Of a DNA stretch of 64,000 nucleotides, positions 9,382 to 17,186 are shown in pieces; within the stretch, counting starts at the first letter, position 1, and the number at the start of each line of letters is the position of its first letter. The notes beneath the pieces are model-generated. The model made no database searches. It was given only the letters and a program-made list of their open reading frames with translations, and was not told the origin of the DNA. The stretch lies in NCBI GenBank assembly GCA_002310235.1, contig DBYO01000032.1, positions 1,462-65,461 on the forward strand. Direction: 5' to 3'. A program made the translations under genes and the position numbers. The stretch is from Bacteroidales bacterium UBA1184 (GTDB lineage: Bacteria; Bacteroidota; Bacteroidia; Bacteroidales; ML635J-15).

Positions 9382-9834
9382 TTACGCTAAATTTGCCCCA
9401 ATCGTCTTGTTCCACTTTTCGGTAATTACCTTTTCTGCATCAAGGGCAAGTTTATTTTCCGACGAGAACAATGGCAGAATCTTAGTGCCTTTGCCTTCCT
9501 TGAACTCAATGTCAATCACGAGCTTGTCGATGATGTCGCCTTTGGTGTTTTCCGACGAGGTACGGCTGTTGCAGCTCTTTACATCGTGCAGGTCGATGAT
9601 TAGGCCGTCGCCACCTTTGGGCTGGTAGGCAAGTTTCTTCGCATTGCTGTCGATGCCGATTAAGCCGAGGTCGCAGCAGTCGAACTCGCTGAGCTCAAGA
9701 CCGTTGCTTGTGGCAAACTTTCTGAATTTATCAATGCTTCTCTTTTGTTTTCTCTTGCCCGATGTGGCAAGTATTACTACTGGTATAATCACTGCTATCG
9801 TGATTACTATTCCTAAAATTATATTGCTATCCAT
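9382..9834 (-). CDS. single-pass membrane-anchored hypothetical protein
   Basis: The ATG at 9834 gives MDSNIILGIVITIAVIIPVVILATSGKRKQKR, an N-terminal TM followed by positive charges. No known motif. Confidence 0.5.
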   Translation of the reverse strand: MDSNIILGIVITIAVIIPVVILATSGKRKQKRSIDKFRKFATSNGLELSEFDCCDLGLIGIDSNAKKLAYQPKGGDGLIIDLHDVKSCNSRTSSENTKGDIIDKLVIDIEFKEGKGTKILPLFSSENKLALDAEKVITEKWNKTIGANLA

Positions 9835-9981
9835 TTTGTTTGTTTTTTTACTGATTAATAATGATTTATAATAAGAAACGAGAACCGTCATGCTGAACTT
9901 GTTTCAGTATCTGGCATCGTTTGTTTAATGATCCTTGTTAGCCGACCCTTCTACAGGCTCAGGGAGCGGCTCAATGTGTTA

Positions 9982-10347
9982 TCAGTAAAAATTATGGAAT
10001 GGAAATGTCAAATAATGCTCTTTGAAAATCGCTTTGTTTTCGGTCTTGGTTTTGAAAGTGACCGATTGCGAAAAAAGTATTGTCGTATTTGCTTTGTCAA
10101 TCAGGATGTTGCTGTAGTCTAGCAAGGAACTGCCGTATCTGCTTTTCTGTGGCTGGCTGTTGTCGATTACCTTGGTTCTGTCGGTAATGACTAGCGTATA
10201 ATTGTCGTTCTGTGCGACAAGCAGTTCCGTCTTCTGGCTTTTGCTTACGAATGCGTTTTCATCGGTGCAGAATGCGTACAATGAGGCGCTTCTGGTGAGA
10301 ATCAGAAGCGTAAGGCAAAGCGACAATATTTTGAAAGTTGCTTTCAT
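9982..10347 (-). CDS. secreted hypothetical protein
   Basis: Signal peptide MKATFKILSLCLTLLILTRSASLYA. 121 aa, no known motif. Confidence 0.5.
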   Translation of the reverse strand: MKATFKILSLCLTLLILTRSASLYAFCTDENAFVSKSQKTELLVAQNDNYTLVITDRTKVIDNSQPQKSRYGSSLLDYSNILIDKANTTILFSQSVTFKTKTENKAIFKEHYLTFPFHNFY

Positions 10348-10349
10348 TT

Positions 10350-10380
10350 GAAAAAAATGCGGATGGAAACCACCCGCATT
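10350..10380 (-). terminator. rho-independent terminator after the HMA gene
   Basis: Arms 10357-10366 (atgcggatgg) and 10370-10379 (ccacccgcat) with one mismatch and loop aaa. On the minus strand they are followed by 7 T (plus A-run 10351-10357). Confidence 0.6.
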
Positions 10381-10389
10381 TATATCAGA

Positions 10390-10899
10390 TTACTTTGTGG
10401 CATCGTTGTGCTTGTGCTGGCATTCGGTGTGGTTGCCGCTGCATCCAGAAGCCTTCTGTGTATCGTGTGAATGGCTGCAACCTGCGTGATTTCCACTGCA
10501 ACCGCTCTTCTGCTGTTCCTGCTGAGCATGGTTGCAACCAGCATGGTTTCCGCAGCAAGCTCCGTTCTTTGCGTGTGGGCACTGGTGGCCAGCGTTGAAA
10601 ACTGTTGCTGTGTAGCCGATTTCCTTGAGCGATGCAATCAACTTTTCGGTGTCGGTGCGGTCGTTACGATACTTGATATACACGGCGTTCTTCTCGTGGT
10701 TTGCCTGAACGTCGATAACGCCCTTAGTGTATGCCAACTGCTTAGCAACCTTGTCGGCGCAATTCTGGCAGTGCATTTCGGTCGATAGGATTACTTCCGA
10801 AATCTTTTCGTTCTGCTTTGCTGCCTTCTGTTCCTGTGCAAATACGTTGCCCATTCCGAACAACAATACCAATACTAAAATCAAAATGTTCTTTTTCAT
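10390..10899 (-). CDS. secreted heavy-metal-associated (HMA) domain protein with Cys/His-rich repeat tail
   Basis: Signal MKKNILILVLVLLFGMGNVFAQ. HMA motif MHCQNC within a ~65-aa ferredoxin-like segment. Tail: CCGNHAGCNH...SGCSGNHAGCSHSH...SGCSGNHTECQHKH. Confidence 0.8.
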   Translation of the reverse strand: MKKNILILVLVLLFGMGNVFAQEQKAAKQNEKISEVILSTEMHCQNCADKVAKQLAYTKGVIDVQANHEKNAVYIKYRNDRTDTEKLIASLKEIGYTATVFNAGHQCPHAKNGACCGNHAGCNHAQQEQQKSGCSGNHAGCSHSHDTQKASGCSGNHTECQHKHNDATK

Positions 10900-10995
10900 G
10901 TCTTTAGTTTTTTTATGAAAATTTAAAAATTCAATTATTCAATTATTCAATGATTCAACAATAGTTTTATAATTTGTAAAAATACACTCAAAATC

Positions 10996-11421
10996 CTACA
11001 TTGTTATCGCTGCGCATATTCCTGAAGTCACTGCATATATCAGCAGGTACGAAACTGGACGGTAAACGGGAATTTTTTTGGCGATAACATCGTAAATGAG
11101 ATAGCCGATGAGTATTATGGACATGTATGTTCCCATCATTTCTTTGCCAGGGTAGCCCTTGCTGAAGAATAGTATTCCGCCGAACAAATTTATCTTACAG
11201 TACAAATCGATTATGAATGCTAGAATGCTAGTTTTGTATATCTTGCTTTTAATACTGGTAATAATGAATATTACAAGTGAAGCAAACCAAAGGAATATAA
11301 AACATGTAAGTGCGTATGGAATACTTGCTGCTGCTAAAATTGCACTTATCGCAAGCAGTCCCATTACGGTGTAGTCTATGATGTTTTGTCTTTTGCTGTA
11401 TGTATTCATAACATTATTCAT
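10996..11421 (-). CDS. integral membrane protein, unknown function
   Basis: 141 aa with about four hydrophobic helices. Lies between the TonB-dependent receptor and the HMA gene. Confidence 0.5.
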   Translation of the reverse strand: MNNVMNTYSKRQNIIDYTVMGLLAISAILAAASIPYALTCFIFLWFASLVIFIITSIKSKIYKTSILAFIIDLYCKINLFGGILFFSKGYPGKEMMGTYMSIILIGYLIYDVIAKKIPVYRPVSYLLIYAVTSGICAAITM

Positions 11422-11484
11422 AACATTAATCCATTTGAGTTATAACAATGCAAATATAAACAAAAAATTCCTGTATATATGTTT

Positions 11485-13695
11485 CTAGTCTCTATCAATT
11501 GCAAATCTTATTCCAATGTAGAATTTTCGTCCGTCAATCGGTCCCCATATGAGCGACGAGTCGAAGTAGTCGCCAAACGGGTCGCCAGCAGCGATAATCG
11601 GGTCTTTCTGTGTGAAGTTGAAGATATTCTCAACGCCTACATAAATGCTCCATTTCTTGAAGAACTTGGTAATCTGTGCGTTGAAGATGTTGTAAGCCTT
11701 GAACTTGTCGTCGCGGCGGTATTCTTCGGGATTGCTGGCTGTTGACGGTATTCTGCCCGGTCCGTTGAACTGTGCGGTGAAGTCGAACTGCCATTTTTCG
11801 AGCTTTGTGCGGTACGAGGTTGTAAGCAAGCCTTTGAAACGGCTCATCAACGGTGATTCTACAAGGTTTCCGTCGATGGTCTGCTTTACATCGTTGTAAC
11901 GGAACGCTCCTGTGATGTCCCAGCCCTTTAGCACTTCGCACGACACTTCAATTTGGTAGGTGTTGGAGAACGATTTGCCCTGCAGGTTATAGAACTCAAC
12001 AACGCCTGGTGTCTCGAAATCGGCGACAATCTGCTTCACAAAGTCGGTGCGGTAATATTCTGCCATAATGTTCAGCAACCTGTCCTTTATAGGTATGTTG
12101 GCCGAGAAGGTTGCACCGTAGTTCCAAGCTTCTTCGAGGTCGAGGTTGTCATAGATTACCATTCTGCGCGACGATGCCAGCAGGAACGAGTTTTCGCTCA
12201 GTACATTTGCCTTGCGGAATGCTCTTCCAGCCGATGCTCTCAAGGTGAGGTATTCGTTGATGCTGTACTTGAGGTTCAGTCGGGGAGTGAAGAGGAATCC
12301 GTACTGGTTGTGGTAGTCGCCGCGGATGCCTGCAATCATATTGAAGTTGCCGAAATGTCCAGTATATTGGAAGAATGCACCCGGAACCGCTTCGATGTCG
12401 TTCATTATGCTGTCGTTGAGGTTCTGGTGAAGGTTTTCGTACTTCATGCTTGCACCAGCGGTGTAGGAGTGCTTCTCGTTACAACCGAATGCCGATTTCC
12501 ACAATACGTTGGCGTACAGGCTGTTCTGGCTTGCATCGAAATCATTATGTCCGTAGTACGAATCCTGATGGTGGGTTATGAAGTTGGTAATCACAGCAAT
12601 GCTCTGGTAGTCCTTTTCGGGGAACACATATCCACACTTTAGGAAGGCTTCGCCACGCTGCGAGTGAATTTTTATCTTGTAAAGTTCCGTCTTTGTGGGG
12701 TCTATGTCGGTAGAATGGTCTTTGATTTGTCCGTTTTTGCGTGTCTCGTCGATGTACTTCACACCGAACCGCATTGTCAGATGCTTGCCAAAATAGTCCC
12801 AGCGGTTGAAAAAGTTGTACTGGGTGACATTGGGCGAGTCGTAGAAGTTGTCGTGGTTGTGGTCCATCTTGATGAAGCGGTTCTGTGCGTGTGCAAATAT
12901 CTGGGTGCTAACCTTTTCGCTGACCTTTATAGGTGCATCGATGTTGCCTTCGACATTGCCGTGCGAACTTCCCATAAGGTTGAGCGAGAATTTGTCGGAC
13001 TGGCGCGGCTTCTTGTATTCCACATTTATCTGACCAGTCACGGCGTCGTAACCGTTTATAACAGTGGAAGTTCCCTTCGAAATCTGCATCGATGTCATCC
13101 ACGGGCCTGGAATGTAGCCAAGTGCGTACGGCTGCGAAAGTCCGTAGAGGTTTGGAATGTTTTCGGTAAGGAACTGCACATATTTTCCTGCCAGACCGAG
13201 CAGTTTTATCTGCTTTGCGCCAGTAGCGGCATCGCTTGTGCCAGCATCGACAGATGCGTTAGTTTCGAAACTTTCCGAAAGGTTGCAGCAGGCGGCCTTG
13301 CAGAGTTCCTGTCCCGAAACATCCTGCACATTGCCGATTTCCATTCGCGAATAGTGCGAACTGGCTGCTCGCTCGTTCACTGTGACTTCCGAAAGCATTT
13401 CGCCGGCGGTAAGCACGACTTCTATATTTTTCTTCTTCTCTGGAATTTCAAGAGTGTCGCTGTTGTAACCGATGAAGCTGACAATCAGTTTGTTGGTCGA
13501 GTTGACTTTGTTTATCTTGAAATTGCCGTTCATGTCGGAAATTGTTCCGACGCTGCTGTTTTCCCAATAAACATTTGCACCGAAAAGCGTCTGCTTGTTG
13601 CCATCGACAATCTCGAAGACTGTGCCGCTAATCTGGGCTTTGCTTATTGTGGCTATTGCTACTAAAGCAATTAATGCCAATATTTTGTTTTTCAT
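11485..13695 (-). CDS. TonB-dependent receptor with N-terminal carboxypeptidase-regulatory-like domain
   Basis: Signal MKNKILALIALVAIATISKAQ. CarboxypepD_reg-like ISGTVFEIVDGNKQTLFGANVYW. Plug-like block (KQIKLLGLAGKYVQFLTENIP, ISKGTSTVINGYDAVTGQINV) and alternating beta-barrel pattern to the C-terminus. Confidence 0.85.
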   Translation of the reverse strand: MKNKILALIALVAIATISKAQISGTVFEIVDGNKQTLFGANVYWENSSVGTISDMNGNFKINKVNSTNKLIVSFIGYNSDTLEIPEKKKNIEVVLTAGEMLSEVTVNERAASSHYSRMEIGNVQDVSGQELCKAACCNLSESFETNASVDAGTSDAATGAKQIKLLGLAGKYVQFLTENIPNLYGLSQPYALGYIPGPWMTSMQISKGTSTVINGYDAVTGQINVEYKKPRQSDKFSLNLMGSSHGNVEGNIDAPIKVSEKVSTQIFAHAQNRFIKMDHNHDNFYDSPNVTQYNFFNRWDYFGKHLTMRFGVKYIDETRKNGQIKDHSTDIDPTKTELYKIKIHSQRGEAFLKCGYVFPEKDYQSIAVITNFITHHQDSYYGHNDFDASQNSLYANVLWKSAFGCNEKHSYTAGASMKYENLHQNLNDSIMNDIEAVPGAFFQYTGHFGNFNMIAGIRGDYHNQYGFLFTPRLNLKYSINEYLTLRASAGRAFRKANVLSENSFLLASSRRMVIYDNLDLEEAWNYGATFSANIPIKDRLLNIMAEYYRTDFVKQIVADFETPGVVEFYNLQGKSFSNTYQIEVSCEVLKGWDITGAFRYNDVKQTIDGNLVESPLMSRFKGLLTTSYRTKLEKWQFDFTAQFNGPGRIPSTASNPEEYRRDDKFKAYNIFNAQITKFFKKWSIYVGVENIFNFTQKDPIIAAGDPFGDYFDSSLIWGPIDGRKFYIGIRFAIDRD

Positions 13696-13764
13696 CGTTT
13701 TACTTCTTTAAATTATGAATTTGGACTATAGTCCGTTGCTATCTCTTTGGTTTTGAGATGCAAT

Positions 13765-14232
13765 TCATAATCTGAAGCAGGAGAGGAGAGGACACACTTT
13801 GCCCTTTTCGTACAAATGTTCGGCGTTGGATGCCAATAGTTTAGTTTCAATTTCGTTCGTCGTACAAGTTATAATTGAGCACGGTGCGAAATTGTTGCTG
13901 ATGAAAGTCTTTATTGATGGAATTTCGGGCAAAGCCGAGTGTACGTCCTGTTGGAACAAATCCTTGAGCGACATGAATTCTACATGTGTATGCTTTTGGT
14001 GCTCCGACTTGTCCTGGCAATGGCAGTGATGACCATCGCAATGGTGGCTGTGGCATTCGTGGTGCGAATGGCACTCGTGGTTGTGCGAAACTTCGCCAAA
14101 CTCGAAAAGGCTGATCTCCTGGTGCTCTTCGTTGCAGCATTTGCAGAAATAGTGTTCATACACAATGCCGTTTGAGGTAAGGAATACCATCAAAGCTGTG
14201 ATTGTTGCCAATATTGCGTTTGTAAGTTTCAT
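13765..14232 (-). CDS. His/Cys-rich membrane-anchored protein (resembles my recollection of the HYC_CC_PP family)
   Basis: N-terminal TM, then YEHYFCKCCNEEH and HNHECHSHHECHSHHCDGHHCHCQD. Encoded immediately upstream of the TonB-dependent receptor. The family assignment is from memory, not a search. Confidence 0.6.
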   Translation of the reverse strand: MKLTNAILATITALMVFLTSNGIVYEHYFCKCCNEEHQEISLFEFGEVSHNHECHSHHECHSHHCDGHHCHCQDKSEHQKHTHVEFMSLKDLFQQDVHSALPEIPSIKTFISNNFAPCSIITCTTNEIETKLLASNAEHLYEKGKVCPLLSCFRL

Positions 14233-14287
14233 CGTTGCAAAGGTAGATGTTTTTTTGATTGGATGATTACGATTAACAAAACATTAA

Positions 14288-14431
14288 GTTTCTATGGCTT
14301 CGTCGTTTCAATGCCTACGGCGTTTCTAGGTGCTACGCACGTTTCATGGGCTAAAGCCCGTTTCTGGGTTTGGCTTACGCCGAGCTAAAGGTTAACTTCG
14401 TTGAGGGCTTCGCCGTTCTATGGCTACGCCG
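14288..14431. repeat. array of ~7 degenerate 15-19 nt units, GTTTC-N3-(GGC-N3/4-GCC mini-palindrome)
   Basis: GTTTC at 14288, 14305, 14322, 14341 and 14360 (spacing 17, 17, 19, 19). Mini-palindromes: gcctacggc, gtgctacgcac, gggctaaagccc, ggcttacgcc, ggcttcgcc, ggctacgcc. The period is not a multiple of 3. Confidence 0.75.
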
Positions 14432-14453
14432 TTTGGTGGAATTTTGGGGGTGG

Positions 14454-14473
14454 GGACGATGCATGCATCGTCC
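14454..14473. promoter_or_regulatory. perfect 20-bp palindrome GGACGATGCATGCATCGTCC (candidate operator or hairpin)
   Basis: Read directly. Ends 15 nt upstream of the -7 box at 14489 and is followed by gttttaaaattt. Confidence 0.55.
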
Positions 14474-14488
14474 GTTTTAAAATTTGTT

Positions 14489-14496
14489 TATCTTTG
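14489..14496 (+). promoter_or_regulatory. -7 promoter box TATCTTTG
   Basis: Exact TATCTTTG, 19 nt upstream of the ATG at 14515. Confidence 0.5.
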
Positions 14497-14514
14497 TGCT
14501 CAAATTTATGATAT

Positions 14515-15015
14515 ATGAGAAAGTTTGTTGAAATTTTCGGATATGCCCTTGGTGGACTGATGTTTGTGATTTTAATTCCGACTATAATGTGGTTTGCTTC
14601 GCTGATGCCAAATGTATGTTCTGTTGAAATTTGGCAGATTATAGTAGCGGCTGTGCTTGCTGTGATAGGTTTGGTGCTGAGCATTTGGTCTATTGTGTAT
14701 ATGAGGCACATAGGTGATGGTAATCCTATGGATGCATTCGGACACGAAGTAGCACCGAGAACCAAACATCTTATGACCGATGGTCCTTACCGTCTGAGCC
14801 GAAATCCAATGCTGACAGGAAGTTTCGTTTATAATGCTGCCGCTTGCGTGTGGCTGTGGACATGGCAGTCGCTGGTGGTTTTTGTTGCGTTTGTGGTGAT
14901 TATGTTGGTGCAGGTTATGACCGAGGAAAAGCGCCTCCGTCGCGATTTTGGCGATGAATACGATGCATATTGTCGTAGAACGGGAAGGTTTTTGCCGTTT
15001 AGTTGCAAAAAATGA
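14515..15015 (+). CDS. isoprenylcysteine carboxyl methyltransferase (ICMT)/phospholipid methyltransferase family membrane protein
   Basis: Multi-TM protein with LMTDGPYRLSRNPMLTG and EEKRLRRDFGDEYDAYCRRTGRFLPF, the signature C-terminal blocks of the ICMT/PEMT family. Confidence 0.75.
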   Translation: MRKFVEIFGYALGGLMFVILIPTIMWFASLMPNVCSVEIWQIIVAAVLAVIGLVLSIWSIVYMRHIGDGNPMDAFGHEVAPRTKHLMTDGPYRLSRNPMLTGSFVYNAAACVWLWTWQSLVVFVAFVVIMLVQVMTEEKRLRRDFGDEYDAYCRRTGRFLPFSCKK

Positions 15016-15074
15016 TTGTACGGATTTGAATTCATCAATCAAAATTCGTAATTCGTAAATCCAAAATAATATTG

Positions 15075-15082
15075 TATCTTTG
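15075..15082 (+). promoter_or_regulatory. -7 promoter box TATCTTTG
   Basis: Exact TATCTTTG, 48 nt upstream of the trkH ATG at 15130. Confidence 0.45.
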
Positions 15083-15129
15083 CAAATTTATTATGCAATG
15101 TGCATTTTTGTGCGTGTTGCTTTATTGCG

Positions 15130-16626
15130 ATGAAAAAGAAGATTATAGGACAGAATCTCGTAATAGTGTCGATACTGATGTTGGTATCGGCATTTGTCGC
15201 GCTGTACTATAATATTAACTATGGTGAGAAGGATTTTATTCCTTTGCTGGTCCCTGCGCTCGCAACATTTGCCATAGGATTCATCTTATTTTTGCTTGGT
15301 CGCAAGTCCACACAAAAACTACGCAAGGAAGACAATTTCTTTATTGTTACGCTTACATGGCTGATTCTTACAGTTCTTGGCATGGTTCCATATCTTATGT
15401 GTGGAACTTTTGATAATGTTTCCGATGCGTTTTTTGAGACAATGTCGGGATTTACAACCACTGGCGCTACGGTGATGAATGACATCGATTATCAGCCTCA
15501 CGGAATACTTTTGTGGCGTAGTGTAACACAATGGCTTGGTGGTTTGGGCGTTATCGTGCTTACAATGGCATTCTTCTCGCAAAAGAACAAAGCTCACGAA
15601 ACCCAGTTGTTTTCTGCTGAATCTCCTGGAATAGAAGTGGATAAACTTGGTTCACGCATTCGCAACACAGCACAGAAATTGTGGGTTATCTATATTGTGC
15701 TTACCATACTTTGCTTTGTGTCATACTATCTTGGTCCAATGAACCTTTTCGATGCCGTTTGTCATTCTATGACTACGGTTGCAACTGGCGGTTTCAGTAC
15801 GCATCAGGCAAGCATCGGTTATTGGGCATCGCCGTACATTGAATATATATGTACACTATTCATGGCAATGTGCGGACTTACGCTGGCACTTTACTATTTT
15901 CTTATTGTCGGGCGATTCAAGGCTTTCCGCCAAAACGAGGAAATGCGCTGGTACTTTGGTATTATATTTTTCGGTGTCGCAGTGTTCATGATTATGTTCT
16001 ACTCGCTGGAATACACTACGGTGCTTACTGCCGACCAACTTTCGTCGTTCCCAATGGGCTTCGAGGAGACTTTCCGCGCTTCGCTGTTCAATGTGGTGGC
16101 AATAATGACATCGTCGGGTTATCAGGCAAGTTGCTTCGACTATGTGGCTTGGGGACAGGCATTTATAATACCTACAGTGCTTCTTATGGCAGTTGGCGGA
16201 TGTTCGGGTTCTACGAGCGGTGGTATTAAGGTGTCACGTATTGCAATAGCTGTGAAAAACCTTATCGCCGATTTAAAACGGCAGATGCATCCTCAAGCTG
16301 TAATTCCTGTTAAAATGTCGAAGCGTTCGATTGACGAGAGAATAGTAATGCGCGTAATGGCGTTCATAATGATGTATGTGATCACCGTGCTCGTTGCTAC
16401 ATTGTTGCTTACTTGCTTGGGAATGGACTTTACTAGTTCGTTCGTATCCTGCGTTTCGGCGATGAGCAACATAGGTCCAGCCTACGGAATGACTGGTCCG
16501 GCAACGACTTATGCTGCTATTCCAGACCTGGCAAAGTGGATTCTTTCTGGCATGATGCTTGTCGGTAGGTTGGAAATCTTTACAGTATTGCTGCTATTTA
16601 CAAAGGAATATAAGGTAACGAAATAA
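15130..16626 (+). CDS. trkH: TrkH family potassium uptake protein
   Basis: Polytopic protein with repeated pore-loop motifs (TTTGATV, TVATGGFST, SSGYQ, GSTSGGIKVSRI) typical of TrkH/KtrB. ATG at 15130 preferred over GTG at 15100. Confidence 0.85.
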   Translation: MKKKIIGQNLVIVSILMLVSAFVALYYNINYGEKDFIPLLVPALATFAIGFILFLLGRKSTQKLRKEDNFFIVTLTWLILTVLGMVPYLMCGTFDNVSDAFFETMSGFTTTGATVMNDIDYQPHGILLWRSVTQWLGGLGVIVLTMAFFSQKNKAHETQLFSAESPGIEVDKLGSRIRNTAQKLWVIYIVLTILCFVSYYLGPMNLFDAVCHSMTTVATGGFSTHQASIGYWASPYIEYICTLFMAMCGLTLALYYFLIVGRFKAFRQNEEMRWYFGIIFFGVAVFMIMFYSLEYTTVLTADQLSSFPMGFEETFRASLFNVVAIMTSSGYQASCFDYVAWGQAFIIPTVLLMAVGGCSGSTSGGIKVSRIAIAVKNLIADLKRQMHPQAVIPVKMSKRSIDERIVMRVMAFIMMYVITVLVATLLLTCLGMDFTSSFVSCVSAMSNIGPAYGMTGPATTYAAIPDLAKWILSGMMLVGRLEIFTVLLLFTKEYKVTK

Positions 16627-16746
16627 ATCATCAAATAGTCAAATCATCGAATTATCAAATCATCAAATCTTGAAACTTAGAAACTCAGAAACGTGAAACA
16701 TAGAAACCAGAAACTTTAAACATTAAACTTTGAACATTTAAACTTT
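16627..16746. repeat. degenerate 7-8 nt tandem repeat (ATCAAATC then nnnGAAAC/TAAAC units)
   Basis: catcaaatagtcaaatcatcgaattatcaaatcatcaaatcttgaaacttagaaactcagaaacgtgaaacatagaaaccagaaactttaaacattaaactttgaac. Shares the exact 16-mer ttgaaacttagaaact (16670-16685) with 19561-19576. Confidence 0.75.
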
Positions 16747-16751
16747 TGACC

Positions 16752-17180
16752 ATGAAGAATATATTTTTAATTTTAGTTTGTGCGCTTTCGTTTTCATCGC
16801 TTGCTTATGCCGACAACGACAAGCCCGTGAAAGTAGAGGATATGCCAATGACCGCACAGGAATTCCTAAAGGCTTACTTCCCGAAGGTTAAGGTTGCATC
16901 TGCAACTCTCGACGAGAAAGATGGCGACTACGAAGTGCGTCTCGAAAACGGCGTGAAGATTGAGTTCAACAAGATTGGCTCGTGGATGGAAATCGAAGGT
17001 CATACCGCTTTGCCAAAAGGTATTGTTAGCAGCAACATTTACGACTATGTTGCCCACAACTACAAAAAGGCAAAGATTTTCAAGATTGAACGCGACAAAA
17101 ATGGCTTCGAAATCGGTCTCGACTCAAATGTAGAGGTACATTTCGACCTGAATGGTAATTTTGTTAAGGCTGAAAACTAA
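16752..17180 (+). CDS. PepSY-like (putative beta-lactamase-inhibitor-like) domain protein, secreted
   Basis: Signal MKNIFLILVCALSFSSLAYA. Two repeats of the ...YEV.L.NG..I.F...G pattern (DYEVRLENGVKIEFNKIGSW; GFEIGLDSNVEVHFDLNGNF). Confidence 0.65.
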   Translation: MKNIFLILVCALSFSSLAYADNDKPVKVEDMPMTAQEFLKAYFPKVKVASATLDEKDGDYEVRLENGVKIEFNKIGSWMEIEGHTALPKGIVSSNIYDYVAHNYKKAKIFKIERDKNGFEIGLDSNVEVHFDLNGNFVKAEN

Positions 17181-17186
17181 TAGTTT

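Noticed and set aside
11953-13665. 229-aa and 333-aa plus-strand ORFs opposite the TonB-dependent receptor
   Set aside because: Both are antisense to a receptor gene with signal peptide, plug and barrel pattern. Neither has motifs of its own.
14288-14431. The repeat array as a CRISPR array
   Set aside because: The units are only 15-19 nt and directly abutting with no unique spacers. The repeats are degenerate and no cas genes are present.
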